Positions 24,281-35,003 of a DNA stretch of 64,000 nt are shown piece after piece. Position numbers and translations under genes: made by a program. The DNA lies in assembly GCF_003018255.1 (NCBI RefSeq), contig NZ_CP027440.1; one strand, 5' to 3'. The DNA comes from Escherichia coli. Its GTDB lineage: Bacteria; Pseudomonadota; Gammaproteobacteria; Enterobacterales; Enterobacteriaceae. The notes under the pieces are model-generated. The model was given only the letters and a program-made list of their open reading frames with translations, searched no databases and was not told the DNA's origin. Each line of letters opens with the position of its first letter. The stretch's first letter is position 1.

Positions 24281-24634
24281 ATGTCATTTCTGTTACCCAT
24301 TCAACTGTTCAAAATTCTTGCTGATGAGACCCGTCTGGGCATCGTTTTACTGCTTAGCGAACTGGGAGAGTTATGCGTCTGCGATCTCTGCACTGCCCTC
24401 GATCAGTCGCAGCCCAAGATATCCCGCCATCTGTCATTGCTGCGTGAAAGTGGGCTATTGCTGGATCGCAAGCAAGGTAAGTGGGTTCATTACCGCTTAT
24501 CACCGCATATTCCAGCATGGGCGGCGAAAATTATTGATGAGGCCTGGCGATGTGAACAGGAAAAGGTTCAGGTGATTGTCCGCAACCTGGCTCGACAAAA
24601 TTGTTCCGCAGACAGTAAGAACATTTGCAGTTAA
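24281..24634 (+). CDS. arsR: Arsenical resistance operon repressor
   Basis: 117 aa, metal-binding ELCVCDLC motif in the HTH region. Confidence 0.95.
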   Translation: MSFLLPIQLFKILADETRLGIVLLLSELGELCVCDLCTALDQSQPKISRHLSLLRESGLLLDRKQGKWVHYRLSPHIPAWAAKIIDEAWRCEQEKVQVIVRNLARQNCSADSKNICS

Positions 24635-24688
24635 AAAATTTAGCTAAACACATATGTATTTTCGCATGTGTTTTATCCGGGAGGCATT

Positions 24689-25978
24689 ATGTTACTGGCA
24701 GGCGCTATCTTTGTCCTGACCATTGTATTGGTTATCTGGCAGCCGAAAGGTTTAGGCATCGGCTGGAGTGCAACGCTCGGCGCAGTACTGGCGTTAGTTA
24801 CGGGCGTGGTCCATCCGGGTGATATTCCGGTGGTGTGGAATATCGTCTGGAACGCGACGGCGGCGTTTATTGCCGTCATTATCATCAGCCTGCTGCTGGA
24901 TGAGTCCGGCTTTTTTGAATGGGCGGCGCTGCACGTCTCACGCTGGGGCAATGGACGCGGTCGCTTGCTGTTCACCTGGATTGTCCTGCTCGGTGCTGCC
25001 GTTGCAGCTCTGTTTGCCAATGATGGCGCGGCGCTTATTTTGACACCGATTGTCATCGCCATGTTGCTGGCTTTAGGGTTCAGTAAAGGCACTACGCTGG
25101 CGTTCGTGATGGCGGCCGGATTCATTGCCGATACCGCCAGCCTGCCGCTTATTGTCTCCAACCTGGTGAATATCGTTTCCGCAGATTTCTTTGGCCTCGG
25201 CTTTCGCGAATACGCATCGGTGATGGTGCCGGTGGATATCGCCGCAATTGTTGCCACGCTGGTGATTTTGCATCTCTATTTCCGCAAAGATATTCCGCAG
25301 AACTACGATATGGCGCTGCTGAAATCTCCCGCAGAAGCGATTAAAGATCCTGCCACCTTCAAAACTGGCTGGGTTGTTTTACTGTTTCTGCTGGTGGGAT
25401 TTTTCGTCCTGGAACCGCTCGGCATTCCGGTCAGCGCCATTGCGGCAGTGGGCGCGTTGATATTATTTGTCGTCGCTAAACGCGGTCATGCGATTAATAC
25501 GAGTAAGGTGCTACGCGGTGCGCCCTGGCAGATTGTCATCTTCTCGCTCGGCATGTATCTGGTGGTTTATGGCCTGCGCAATGCCGGACTAACGGAATAT
25601 CTTTCTGGCGTACTCAACGTGCTGGCGGATAATGGCCTGTGGGCCGCGACGCTCGGCACCGGATTCCTCACCGCCTTCCTCTCTTCTATTATGAACAATA
25701 TGCCGACGGTACTGGTTGGCGCGTTGTCCATTGATGGCAGCACGGCATCTGGCGTTATCAAAGAAGCGATGGTTTATGCCAACGTAATTGGCTGCGATTT
25801 GGGGCCGAAAATTACCCCGATTGGTAGCCTGGCGACGCTGCTCTGGCTGCACGTACTTTCGCAGAAGAATATGACTATCAGCTGGGGATATTACTTCCGT
25901 ACAGGGATTATCATGACCCTGCCTGTGCTGTTTGTGACGCTGACTGCGCTGGCGCTACGTCTCTCTTTCACTTTGTAA
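24689..25978 (+). CDS. arsB: Arsenite/antimonite efflux pump
   Basis: Start set at [22 protein letters not shown] (429 aa); polytopic membrane protein. Confidence 0.9.
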   Translation: MLLAGAIFVLTIVLVIWQPKGLGIGWSATLGAVLALVTGVVHPGDIPVVWNIVWNATAAFIAVIIISLLLDESGFFEWAALHVSRWGNGRGRLLFTWIVLLGAAVAALFANDGAALILTPIVIAMLLALGFSKGTTLAFVMAAGFIADTASLPLIVSNLVNIVSADFFGLGFREYASVMVPVDIAAIVATLVILHLYFRKDIPQNYDMALLKSPAEAIKDPATFKTGWVVLLFLLVGFFVLEPLGIPVSAIAAVGALILFVVAKRGHAINTSKVLRGAPWQIVIFSLGMYLVVYGLRNAGLTEYLSGVLNVLADNGLWAATLGTGFLTAFLSSIMNNMPTVLVGALSIDGSTASGVIKEAMVYANVIGCDLGPKITPIGSLATLLWLHVLSQKNMTISWGYYFRTGIIMTLPVLFVTLTALALRLSFTL

Positions 25979-25990
25979 TGAGATATTGAT

Positions 25991-26416
25991 ATGAGCAACA
26001 TTACCATTTATCACAACCCGGCCTGCGGCACGTCGCGTAACACGCTGGAGATGATCCGCAACAGCGGCACAGAACCGACCATTGTCTATTATCTGGAAAC
26101 CCCACCGACGCGTGATGAACTGGTCAAACTCATTGCCGATATGGGGATTTCCGTACGCGCGCTGCTGCGTAAAAACGTCGAGCCGTATGAGGAACTGGGC
26201 CTTGCAGAAGATAAATTTACTGACGATCGGTTAATCGACTTTATGCTTCAGCACCCGATTCTGATTAATCGCCCGATTGTGGTGACGCCGTTGGGAACTC
26301 GCCTGTGCCGCCCTTCAGAAGTCGTGCTGGAAATTCTGCCAGATGCGCAACAAGGCGCGTTCACCAAGGAAGATGGCGAGAAAGTGGTTGATGAAGCGGG
26401 TAAACGCTTGAAATAA
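25991..26416 (+). CDS. arsC: Arsenate reductase (glutaredoxin-coupled)
   Basis: 141 aa, MSNITIYHNPACGTSRNTLEMIR catalytic Cys12 motif. Confidence 0.95.
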   Translation: MSNITIYHNPACGTSRNTLEMIRNSGTEPTIVYYLETPPTRDELVKLIADMGISVRALLRKNVEPYEELGLAEDKFTDDRLIDFMLQHPILINRPIVVTPLGTRLCRPSEVVLEILPDAQQGAFTKEDGEKVVDEAGKRLK

Positions 26417-26462
26417 AGCGGCGATATCCACTGCCCATAGTTGGTAAAGTGCGCTTTGTTTA

Positions 26463-26500
26463 TGTCGGATGCGACGCTAACGCGTCTTATCCGACCTACA
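26463..26500. repeat. REP-like palindromic element downstream of arsC
   Basis: GTCGGATGCGACGCTAACGCGTCTTATCCGACCTAC resembles the REP consensus. Confidence 0.5.
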
Positions 26501-26538
26501 AAACCGTGCATGGCATGAAATCTGTAGCGCGTAGCGCA

Positions 26539-26835
26539 TCAGGCAATTTTGCTATTTACGCAGCACTCCTCGCGTAAGAATTCAATTATCGCTTCCAGCA
26601 TTGCGTATTGCGAAACACACATCAGCGTTCGACTCTCACGGTTTTGTTTGACCAGCCCTACCGATACCAGTGCTGAAATATGGTGACTGAGTGTAGAGCC
26701 GGGTATCCCAAGCTGCTTTTGCAACTCACCGACCGGCAACCCTTGTTCCCCGGCTTTGACAAGATGTTTAAATATGAACAAACGGGTCGGGTGACCTAGC
26801 TCTTTCAGCGCTTTAGCGACTTCTTCCAACTGCAT
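26539..26835 (-). CDS. ArsR/SmtB-family transcriptional regulator with C-terminal vicinal cysteines
   Basis: wHTH signature GIPGSTLSHHISALVSVGLVK; C-terminus ...EFLREECCVNSKIA; start set at MQLEEVAKALKEL with SD GAGGGGG about 6 nt upstream (ORF track gives a longer 119-aa form). Confidence 0.75.
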   Translation of the reverse strand: MQLEEVAKALKELGHPTRLFIFKHLVKAGEQGLPVGELQKQLGIPGSTLSHHISALVSVGLVKQNRESRTLMCVSQYAMLEAIIEFLREECCVNSKIA

Positions 26836-26941
26836 ATGATCCCCCTCTGTCTGGTTGATATTTCGATAATACCAGAAATATCTTGATCTGAATTTCATTT
26901 CGATTATTCTGGAAATATAGATTTATTCAATGAGGTTATGT

Positions 26942-27943
26942 ATGAGTAGTTGGCTTGCGATGCTGCAAGATGCCACAGAGATGTTTGTGTTTCTCGCCGT
27001 CGAGCTTTCTTTGCTGTTTATAGTGATTAGTGCCGGTGTGAGCCTGATAAGACAAAAGGTGCCAGACCATAAAATCCAGCAGATGATGGGGGCAAGAAAA
27101 GGGAAAGGCTATCTCCTGGCTGCTCTGTTGGGAGCCGTCACCCCGTTCTGTAGTTGCTCGACAATCCCTATGTTACGTGGATTGTTATCAGCGAAAGCCG
27201 GGTTTGGTCCGACCCTCACTTTTTTATTTGTTTCCCCATTACTTAATCCCATTATCGTCGGGTTAATGTGGGTGACCTTTGGCTGGAAAGTTACCTTGTT
27301 GTATGCGATTATCGCCGCCGGCGTCTCCGTACTTGCCAGTATTATCCTCGATTCTCTGGGATTTGAACGTCATATCATTGCCAGTAAAAGCTCATCAGCA
27401 AATTGTTGTGCTCCAGCCAAAACTTCGCCGGGGACGACATATACGCCAATAAAAGTGAGTTGCTGTAGTCCAGCGGCTAAAGCCATTGAGAAACCTGTAG
27501 TAAACTGTTGCAGTACCAAAGCTGTGGTAAGTATTAATCCCATAAAACTAGCCACCAAAGATGCGTTGCAACAGTTTAAAGATGTACTGCCATATCTTTT
27601 GTTAGGGGTATTAATAGGCTCTTTTATTTATGGCTTTATTCCCTCAGAGTGGATTGCCGCTCATGCAGGGGCAGATAATCCCTTCGCCATCCCATTGAGC
27701 GCCGTTGTCGGTATTCCGCTATATATCCGGGCAGAGGCGGTTATCCCTCTGGCATCTGTTCTGATGACAAAAGGAATGGGTCTGGGAGCATTAATGGCAT
27801 TAATCATCGGCAGTGCCGGCGCAAGCCTGACGGAAGTGATATTACTTAAATCAATGTTCAGAATACCGATGATAGTTGCATTCCTGACGGTTATATTAGG
27901 TATGGCTATCTTGATGGGCTATTTGACTCAAATGCTATTTTAA
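26942..27943 (+). CDS. ArsP-like permease (DUF318/COG0701 family) with TPFCSCS motif and a cysteine-rich central loop
   Basis: Polytopic membrane protein; motif GAVTPFCSCSTIP; central loop with three CC pairs (NCCAPAK, SCCSPAAK, NCCSTK); start set at MSSWLAML preceded by GAGGT (ORF track starts 4 codons earlier). Confidence 0.7.
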   Translation: MSSWLAMLQDATEMFVFLAVELSLLFIVISAGVSLIRQKVPDHKIQQMMGARKGKGYLLAALLGAVTPFCSCSTIPMLRGLLSAKAGFGPTLTFLFVSPLLNPIIVGLMWVTFGWKVTLLYAIIAAGVSVLASIILDSLGFERHIIASKSSSANCCAPAKTSPGTTYTPIKVSCCSPAAKAIEKPVVNCCSTKAVVSINPIKLATKDALQQFKDVLPYLLLGVLIGSFIYGFIPSEWIAAHAGADNPFAIPLSAVVGIPLYIRAEAVIPLASVLMTKGMGLGALMALIIGSAGASLTEVILLKSMFRIPMIVAFLTVILGMAILMGYLTQMLF

Positions 27944-28523
27944 ATAGATGCCAGCAGTAAACTATAAGGAGCATTGTGAGTGCCTTATCCTTCTGAGTAG
28001 AAAATCATAGATAGGATAATCCTTAAAAATCACAAATAACTTAACTAATGCTTTGAGAATGATGACGGATCCGTCAGTAAGTTATCAATCGACAATCACC
28101 ACGCAATCATGCTTCTCTGACATTTTATCGGAGAAGCAATGTCTCTTTGTTTCAGTGCTATCCCCCCTTTTAAAGGGCAGATTTCAGTCGCCAATACAAC
28201 ACATTTTTAAATACACTTTAACCTGGTTCATTATTACACATCTAAAACATCACAAAAATATCACTTCACACACTATCGGTGAACATCATAACTTTTTAAA
28301 ATGAGCGCTTTTTGATAGTTGTTAACGTTTTCCTTTACGATACTATCACTGCCCTTTTTTTATACACAAATATTACCGGGTGGAAATGAAAGGGAAGTTA
28401 AAGGTAATTATATCAGGAAGATATGACGCATTGTGTTTATTTCCGCGTAGAAGAAAATCCATTCCTGCTCTAATTCTCCGATTTACAAAAATTTAGCGAA
28501 ATAGATGAACAATAAGGAATGTT

Positions 28524-29747
28524 ATGTCAATTGACTTTACCCCATGTATGATAAATACATATCACGGCGATATTTATAACCGCACAACAGATACCGACAA
28601 TGTTAAAACACCAGACACACCGAAGTGGCCTTGCGATAATTGGGAAGAACAACAACCCATTAATTCCACATTCTCTGGAGAAGGATATACCTCTGATCAA
28701 TATGATTTAGCGCAATACCAACTTCAACAAATTAATGCGTGCCACACGAACACTACATATACAAATGCAGACTACTCAAAAGTTGTGGCTCAACTTGTAA
28801 GTCTTATTACTAACATTGAAACGATAAGTTCGACACAACTTACGCAACAGACACAATCAATACTTAATCAGATTAATAACATTAGATACGAAAAAAACAA
28901 AAGTGCTGAATATCGAATCATTGTTGTCGCTAATCCTAAACCCGACAAGGCAATCATAACTAAAATTAGCGTAGAAGAGGGAATACCAGTAAGATTCAGT
29001 GTCCAAACCATGTTTTCAGATACTAATTTTATTACTGAACAACGAGCTGACTTACCGACTAATATAAAAGATATTCAAAGCCTGTATCAAAAAATGACGA
29101 AGTTATATATTGAACACAGTGAAAATAAAAACAGGATGAAAGTCTTTGCTGGAACCAACTTTATTGATTTCAATGTGACAGGACAGGACCTTTCCGGGTT
29201 CGTTCTAACCTTGTCAAGGTTTTATTTCGAAGATCTACTTAATATAAATTTCACTGACGCAAATTTAGGTGACACTATTTTTTCACATAAAGAACACCCT
29301 ACCCCAAAATTATATAAAGACGAACAATATCTTGACAAACAAATCGAAGGTTTATTTTCAACATTATTAACCATTAATGACAACTTTTTACGAGCAAAAG
29401 CGGAAATTGCTTCGACAATAATTAAATTCTTAGAGGCCAGGATAACCAATATTTCATACAATGACATATTAAAATATCAGCAAGAATTCAAAAAACAATG
29501 TTATAAGCAAGTTAAAGCCTTTACGACACTCTCCCGATACAATAAAATTCAAACATGGGCAGAAATGTCTGAATATCAATTCGAAGTATTTCAATACGAG
29601 ACGCTTAACCCAAAAAAAATGTCATACGCACCTTATTTAAAGAGATCGCTACCTGATGAAAAAACTATAAATTATGGGGTGGAAATAGAAACACCAACTG
29701 GCAAAAGAATTCGCTTATTAAATCATTACCAGAATATAATCCCATAA
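28524..29747 (+). CDS. yhiS: YhiS-like hypothetical protein, intact
   Basis: 407-aa AT-rich ORF immediately upstream of slp; call rests on position and product size, not on motif recognition. Confidence 0.6.
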   Translation: MSIDFTPCMINTYHGDIYNRTTDTDNVKTPDTPKWPCDNWEEQQPINSTFSGEGYTSDQYDLAQYQLQQINACHTNTTYTNADYSKVVAQLVSLITNIETISSTQLTQQTQSILNQINNIRYEKNKSAEYRIIVVANPKPDKAIITKISVEEGIPVRFSVQTMFSDTNFITEQRADLPTNIKDIQSLYQKMTKLYIEHSENKNRMKVFAGTNFIDFNVTGQDLSGFVLTLSRFYFEDLLNINFTDANLGDTIFSHKEHPTPKLYKDEQYLDKQIEGLFSTLLTINDNFLRAKAEIASTIIKFLEARITNISYNDILKYQQEFKKQCYKQVKAFTTLSRYNKIQTWAEMSEYQFEVFQYETLNPKKMSYAPYLKRSLPDEKTINYGVEIETPTGKRIRLLNHYQNIIP

Positions 29748-29992
29748 TATTGAACATTAGCACTTTATAATCATTGAATAAAAATAGATTTTATGTACCT
29801 TTAAAAAAAGGCTATTTTATGGGGCGATGGATACTCATGTCACGCCCCAAAATTAACAGAATTAAACTAAACAGAAGGGATATAAACATCAGACAGGTTT
29901 ACGTTACTATCAGGCATATCGCCTCAGAATCAGATGAAAACTATAAAGAAATATCTATTATGGTTTTAATATTTGTTGATAAGGATAGTAAC

Positions 29993-30559
29993 ATGAACAT
30001 GACAAAAGGTGCACTCATCCTCAGCCTTTCATTTTTGCTTGCCGCATGTAGTTCAATTCCGCAAAATATCAAAGGCAATAACCAACCTGATATTCAAAAA
30101 AGTTTTGTTGCTGTTCATAACCAGCCGGGGTTATATGTTGGTCAACAAGCGCGCTTTGGCGGGAAGGTTATCAACGTTATCAATGGCAAAACGGATACGT
30201 TGTTAGAAATCGCTGTATTACCGTTGGATAGCTATGCGAAGCCTGATATTGAAGCCAACTATCAGGGCCGACTGCTCGCCAGACAAAGCGGCTTCCTTGA
30301 TCCAGTGAACTATCGTAATCACTTTGTTACCATCCTCGGTACCATTCAGGGTGAACAACCTGGCTTTATCAATAAAGTCCCGTATAACTTCCTGGAAGTG
30401 AATATGCAGGGCATCCAGGTGTGGCATTTGAGAGAAGTGGTTAATACCACCTATAACCTGTGGGATTACGGCTATGGTGCATTCTGGCCGGAACCGGGCT
30501 GGGGCGCGCCTTACTACACCAATGCGGTGAGTCAAGTAACACCTGAGCTGGTCAAATAA
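29993..30559 (+). CDS. slp: Outer membrane starvation lipoprotein
   Basis: Start set at MNMTKGALILSLSFLLAACSS (lipobox LAAC), 188 aa; the ORF track's 261-aa form has an implausible N-terminal extension. Confidence 0.9.
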   Translation: MNMTKGALILSLSFLLAACSSIPQNIKGNNQPDIQKSFVAVHNQPGLYVGQQARFGGKVINVINGKTDTLLEIAVLPLDSYAKPDIEANYQGRLLARQSGFLDPVNYRNHFVTILGTIQGEQPGFINKVPYNFLEVNMQGIQVWHLREVVNTTYNLWDYGYGAFWPEPGWGAPYYTNAVSQVTPELVK

Positions 30560-30711
30560 CACCACCGAGAGATGCAGATGCTTTCTCAGCATCTGCATCA
30601 TGCATTACATCAAATTAATACACAGCCAGCTAACTATTATTATAAGCCCTGTCCTGTTAATTACCTTTGGCAAACTGATTATAAAGTTAATGTCCGCACC
30701 AGGAGTCGGTT

Positions 30712-31242
30712 ATGTTTCTTATAATTACCAGGGATACGATGTTCTTCACTGCGATGAAAAACATTCTGAGTAAAGGTAATGTCGTTCATATACAGAACGA
30801 AGAAGAGATCGACGTAATGTTGCATCAGCATGCCTTCGTCATTATTGATACATTAATGAATAATGTATTTCATTCTAATTTGCTCACTCAGATTGAACGA
30901 TTAAAACCTGTCCATGTGATTATTTTCTCTCCCTTTAATATTAAACGCTGCCTGGGGAAAGTACCGGTGACCTTTGTTCCGCGAACTATCACCATCATCG
31001 ACTTTGTCGCACTCATCAATGGCAGTTACTGCTCTGTGCCTGAAGCGGATGTGTCCCTTTCGCGCAAGCAGCATCAGGTTCTGAGCTGCATTGCGAATCA
31101 AATGACAACGGAAGATATTCTGGAGAAACTGAAAATATCGCTAAAAACGTTCTACTGCCATAAACACAATATCATGATGATCCTCAATCTTAAGCGGATC
31201 AATGAGTTGGTACGCCATCAGCATATTGATTATCTGGTGTGA
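30712..31242 (+). CDS. dctR: LuxR-family transcriptional regulator
   Basis: 176 aa with C-terminal HTH; position after slp. Confidence 0.85.
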   Translation: MFLIITRDTMFFTAMKNILSKGNVVHIQNEEEIDVMLHQHAFVIIDTLMNNVFHSNLLTQIERLKPVHVIIFSPFNIKRCLGKVPVTFVPRTITIIDFVALINGSYCSVPEADVSLSRKQHQVLSCIANQMTTEDILEKLKISLKTFYCHKHNIMMILNLKRINELVRHQHIDYLV

Positions 31243-31302
31243 ACGATTGATCAATATAAAGAGGCCCAGCAATAAATAGCCAGACCTCCCGTTAATTATA
31301 CG

Positions 31303-32331
31303 TTATGCAGTAACGACTTCCGGTATCAGCGAAGCAATTTGCTTACGCCATTGCGCTTGCTCCTGTTCGCCTTCTGTACGTTGACCATAAAGTTGCGCTA
31401 TCTGCGTACCATCATGGGCAAACAATTCCAGACTGGTTACGTAGCCATCGCTGGTCGGTTTACGGGTAACCCAGGCTTCAGCAATGCTCTCTTCTAATAG
31501 ATGAAGAGTAAACGTCGGGTTGAAAATATTCAGCCAACCTTTCATTGGCACCACTTTTTCTACCACACCAGTGAAAATCTGTACGCAGCCACGGTTGCCA
31601 ACAAACACCATGATTTCATTGCCATCCTGCTGTGCAGATTCAAGAATTTGCGCCAACGCACTGTTGGATACTTTGCAGGCCAAATCATCTGCCACCAGAT
31701 TGAACGCCTGTTGGCGCGTCAGGTTGTGGCGCTTGAGCAACGTAAAAAACTGATGAACGTCGGTCATCGCCCGCCACTCTTGCTCGACCACACTGGCATC
31801 GGCTCGCGTTTGAACAACTGGCGCATCAACGGCTTTTAACTCAAGCGGCATATTCTCATCGGCGATAAACCGTGCCAGAAGCTCACTCCATGCCGCCATA
31901 TCGGTATTGTCGGTGGCATAAACTTTTAGTAATGCATCGCCCTGATGATCAAAGAACTGAATACTCTGGCGTTCGCCACGAGTCGTATTTTCTTTAATGT
32001 GAAAAACACTGGCCCATTGATTGAGAAACAGACGCAAATCCAGCGCGCGTGGATTGAGGATCAATCCGGCATGTCCGTTCAAATGCTGGTTTGTGAACGC
32101 ACCAACTTGCTCATGGACTGCATATTCATTACGACAAATACATTTGGTCTCGCCAACACTTTCGAGCGCCGCCAGAATTTCACGGATATCGCCGCGCATC
32201 CGCCACGCATCGTGCGTGACGCGCGCAAATGCCAGTTCTGCTTCGCTAATATTCATTAAACCTGCGATGTCACGCGCGTACTTTCCGGGATTTTGTTCTT
32301 TTAACTCAAGCCAGCGTGTGTAGTGGTTCAT
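31303..32331 (-). CDS. chuS: Haem oxygenase / haem-degrading protein
   Basis: 342-aa ORF recognised as ChuS/HemS family; downstream of chuA on the same strand. Confidence 0.85.
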   Translation of the reverse strand: MNHYTRWLELKEQNPGKYARDIAGLMNISEAELAFARVTHDAWRMRGDIREILAALESVGETKCICRNEYAVHEQVGAFTNQHLNGHAGLILNPRALDLRLFLNQWASVFHIKENTTRGERQSIQFFDHQGDALLKVYATDNTDMAAWSELLARFIADENMPLELKAVDAPVVQTRADASVVEQEWRAMTDVHQFFTLLKRHNLTRQQAFNLVADDLACKVSNSALAQILESAQQDGNEIMVFVGNRGCVQIFTGVVEKVVPMKGWLNIFNPTFTLHLLEESIAEAWVTRKPTSDGYVTSLELFAHDGTQIAQLYGQRTEGEQEQAQWRKQIASLIPEVVTA

Positions 32332-32379
32332 TGTCTCTCTTCCTTCCAGATAAATGCCCCGAAATATCGGGGCAGATGA

Positions 32380-34362
32380 TTACCATTGATAACTCACGAA
32401 AATTTTTCCATTACGACCATCCTGTGGGATGCCTTGTGGCGACCAGTACTCTTTGTCGAAAGCGTTACCCAACACCAAAGTAGTGGTCATACCTTTGAGC
32501 GCCTGTTGTCCTTGATAACTGACGTAGAAATCATTCACGCCATAGCCTGGTTGTTTGCTGTAACTGCTGCTGATATGTGTTGAGCGATCGGCAAACGTAC
32601 CAACCCACCCAACAGAGAAGCCACTGTGAGCGATCGGAATATTCAGGGTGCTGGTAACGGTATCCGGGTTAATACTGGAGATATATTCGCCGGTATCGGT
32701 GTCTTTGCCGCGGGTACGGTTATAGGCCACATCAAGGCTAAACAGATCAGTGGTATATTTCGTCATCACATCCCAACCCCAGATTTTGGCGTTCGGGACG
32801 TTATACGACATAGTTGTCGCCGCCGCGAAATCGACGGTCGTGGAGATGTAATCCTTCGCTTTGGTATCAAAGTAGCTGGCTTTAAATTCCAGAGCATCAT
32901 TGGACAACATCAGGTCATCAAAACGCAGCCCAAAACCGTACTCCTGAGTTTCGTTAGTTTCCGGACGTAAGTTCGGGTTTGGCACCCAATAGTTGGTATA
33001 GAAGCGACCAATCGAGAAGTGCTTAGAATCGTTATACATTTCGCCCATCGTCGGGGCGCGGAATGCCTGAGCATATGAGCCAAATAACATCAGCCAGTTA
33101 GTCGGGTTGATAGTCATCCCCGCGCGAGATGACCATTTGTCGGCATCAACATCTTTGTAGCCGTCGCTGCTACCGCGATAACTGTCATAGCGGGTTCCGC
33201 CAAGCAGGGTAATCGGCAGATCGCGTAAGGTGATCTCATCTTGTAGCCAGCCAGAGCTAAAATCGATTTTTGCTTGCGGGAAGCCCGTCGTCGCGCCACC
33301 CGGATGTTGTTCCTGACGATAATACTCACCGCCATATGTCAGTAAGTGAGAAGCGAAACTGTCGGCAAATAGAGTGGAACGGTTCTCCAGCCTTGCTCCT
33401 TTTGTTATCTGTTCACGATACTCGCCGGAACTCCCCGTGTTTTGCGCATTAATACGGACTTCCGACCAGTAAATTTTTGCATCTGCATTTAACCAGTCGT
33501 TACCCTGCGGGGCGAGTTTATAAGAAAGCTGCGCATCGCGTTGAATTGTTGAACGATCGACCATCGGGTTGCTGCTATCAGAAGCTTCAACGGTCTGCGG
33601 ATTTTTTGGTTCACGCGCGTCGTTGTTGTAGTAACGCACTAAACCGCTCAGAGACTGAGCTGAATCAATTTGCCAGGTCCCTTTCGCCAGCATGTTATTA
33701 ATGGATTCGTCATTCGGCGCGGTTTCACCATTGCTCTGGCGTAAATCACCCCGATCGCGACTGGACCAGGCCACAATACCATCCAGATTTTCAGTTCGCC
33801 CAAACGCGCTCGCGCCTAATCCCAGGCTATGGTCCCCCGTGCCGCCAGTACCAAAGACACGAAAACCACTGCTTTGTCCTTCCTGCAATAAATCTTTTGC
33901 ATCGACCGTATCGTAGGAGATCACTCCACCCAGCGCGCCACTGCCATACAGTAATGCTGAAGGTCCGCGAACAATCTCAACACGCTTGATCAGCGCCGGA
34001 TCGAGAAAAGTGCCATTCAGGTGTCCGGTATCCGTTCCCTGGCGAACACCATCGACAAGAACCAGCACGCCGCGATGATCATAGCCACGCATATTTACAT
34101 CCTGACCGTTGGTTCGTCCGGTACCATCAAGAGTAATTCCAGGAACATGACGCAGCAGATCGGTGGCTGAAGTAGCCGTTTGATTTTCAGGAGCGGAAGT
34201 GTCGATGACGCTGACCATCATAGGCGCTTCGAAGGAACTACGGGCATTCCCCGTTGCCGTAACGGTCATGGTTTCAGTAGCAAAAGCAAACGTTGGCAAG
34301 GTGGCAGAAACAGCCAAAGCCAACAAACTCAAACGCAACGAGGTAAATTGCGGACGTGACAT
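32380..34362 (-). CDS. chuA: TonB-dependent outer membrane haem/haemoglobin receptor
   Basis: 660 aa; signal peptide, plug domain, C-terminal beta-barrel ending in aromatic residue (...YQW); SD GGAG 8 nt upstream of ATG. Confidence 0.9.
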   Translation of the reverse strand: MSRPQFTSLRLSLLALAVSATLPTFAFATETMTVTATGNARSSFEAPMMVSVIDTSAPENQTATSATDLLRHVPGITLDGTGRTNGQDVNMRGYDHRGVLVLVDGVRQGTDTGHLNGTFLDPALIKRVEIVRGPSALLYGSGALGGVISYDTVDAKDLLQEGQSSGFRVFGTGGTGDHSLGLGASAFGRTENLDGIVAWSSRDRGDLRQSNGETAPNDESINNMLAKGTWQIDSAQSLSGLVRYYNNDAREPKNPQTVEASDSSNPMVDRSTIQRDAQLSYKLAPQGNDWLNADAKIYWSEVRINAQNTGSSGEYREQITKGARLENRSTLFADSFASHLLTYGGEYYRQEQHPGGATTGFPQAKIDFSSGWLQDEITLRDLPITLLGGTRYDSYRGSSDGYKDVDADKWSSRAGMTINPTNWLMLFGSYAQAFRAPTMGEMYNDSKHFSIGRFYTNYWVPNPNLRPETNETQEYGFGLRFDDLMLSNDALEFKASYFDTKAKDYISTTVDFAAATTMSYNVPNAKIWGWDVMTKYTTDLFSLDVAYNRTRGKDTDTGEYISSINPDTVTSTLNIPIAHSGFSVGWVGTFADRSTHISSSYSKQPGYGVNDFYVSYQGQQALKGMTTTLVLGNAFDKEYWSPQGIPQDGRNGKIFVSYQW

Positions 34363-34651
34363 AGCGATTCTCCATGAGGAAAATAAAAAATGCTGGCTGC
34401 CTGGGTTAATACCGGGGTGGCTGGCGAAAAATAAATTTATTTAAAATTCAGAGCGATAATATTCGCCGGGTGAGTTTACAGGCGTTTATATCCCATGAAA
34501 TTGCCTGGTATCTCGGCAAATACGCAAAAGCACGCCCTCTTTGTCAGGCAAACCGATATGCCCCATCAGGAGTGAAGAGCGCTGTGCGTTACCCCTTGTA
34601 AATGATATGGCTTTGTTATCCATATGGCCGTATTTTGTTAAATGCAAACGT

Positions 34652-34670
34652 GATAATGAGAATTATTATC
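34652..34670 (-). promoter_or_regulatory. Fur box upstream of chuA
   Basis: GATAATGAGAATTATTATC, close match to the Fur consensus GATAATGATAATCATTATC; about 290 bp upstream of the chuA ATG, implying a long 5' UTR. Confidence 0.7.
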
Positions 34671-35003
34671 GATCAATTTTTTATGATCAAGCTTTTTTTT
34701 AACCGCCATTAACACAATAAACAGGGGGTTATGAAACTTATCCTGCGCCCTGGAAACCACTTTGCTTTTATGGTTATTCCCCCATGACCTCATCACTAAA
34801 CTTTGTCGTTAACAGTGATAATTTTCTCTTCTCTTTGCTCTGCAAGCCGCGATATCTCTGGGTTCTCAGCTTTTTCCCGCGCTGAAATTTAGTCGGTAAC
34901 AAGAACGTTAGCTGACGAAGCATCTTGATAAAAATCAAAAATAAATACGCTTGTAACGCCGTGCGTATTGAATCGACGGTTGTATTTCATATATAACTCA
35001 AAT

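Noticed and set aside
28053-28304. 83-aa ORF upstream of yhiS
   Set aside because: No SD, composition typical of intergenic AT-rich DNA.
29774-29992. 73-codon N-terminal extension of slp
   Set aside because: The lipoprotein signal peptide with lipobox starts at 29993; the extension is AT-rich leader.
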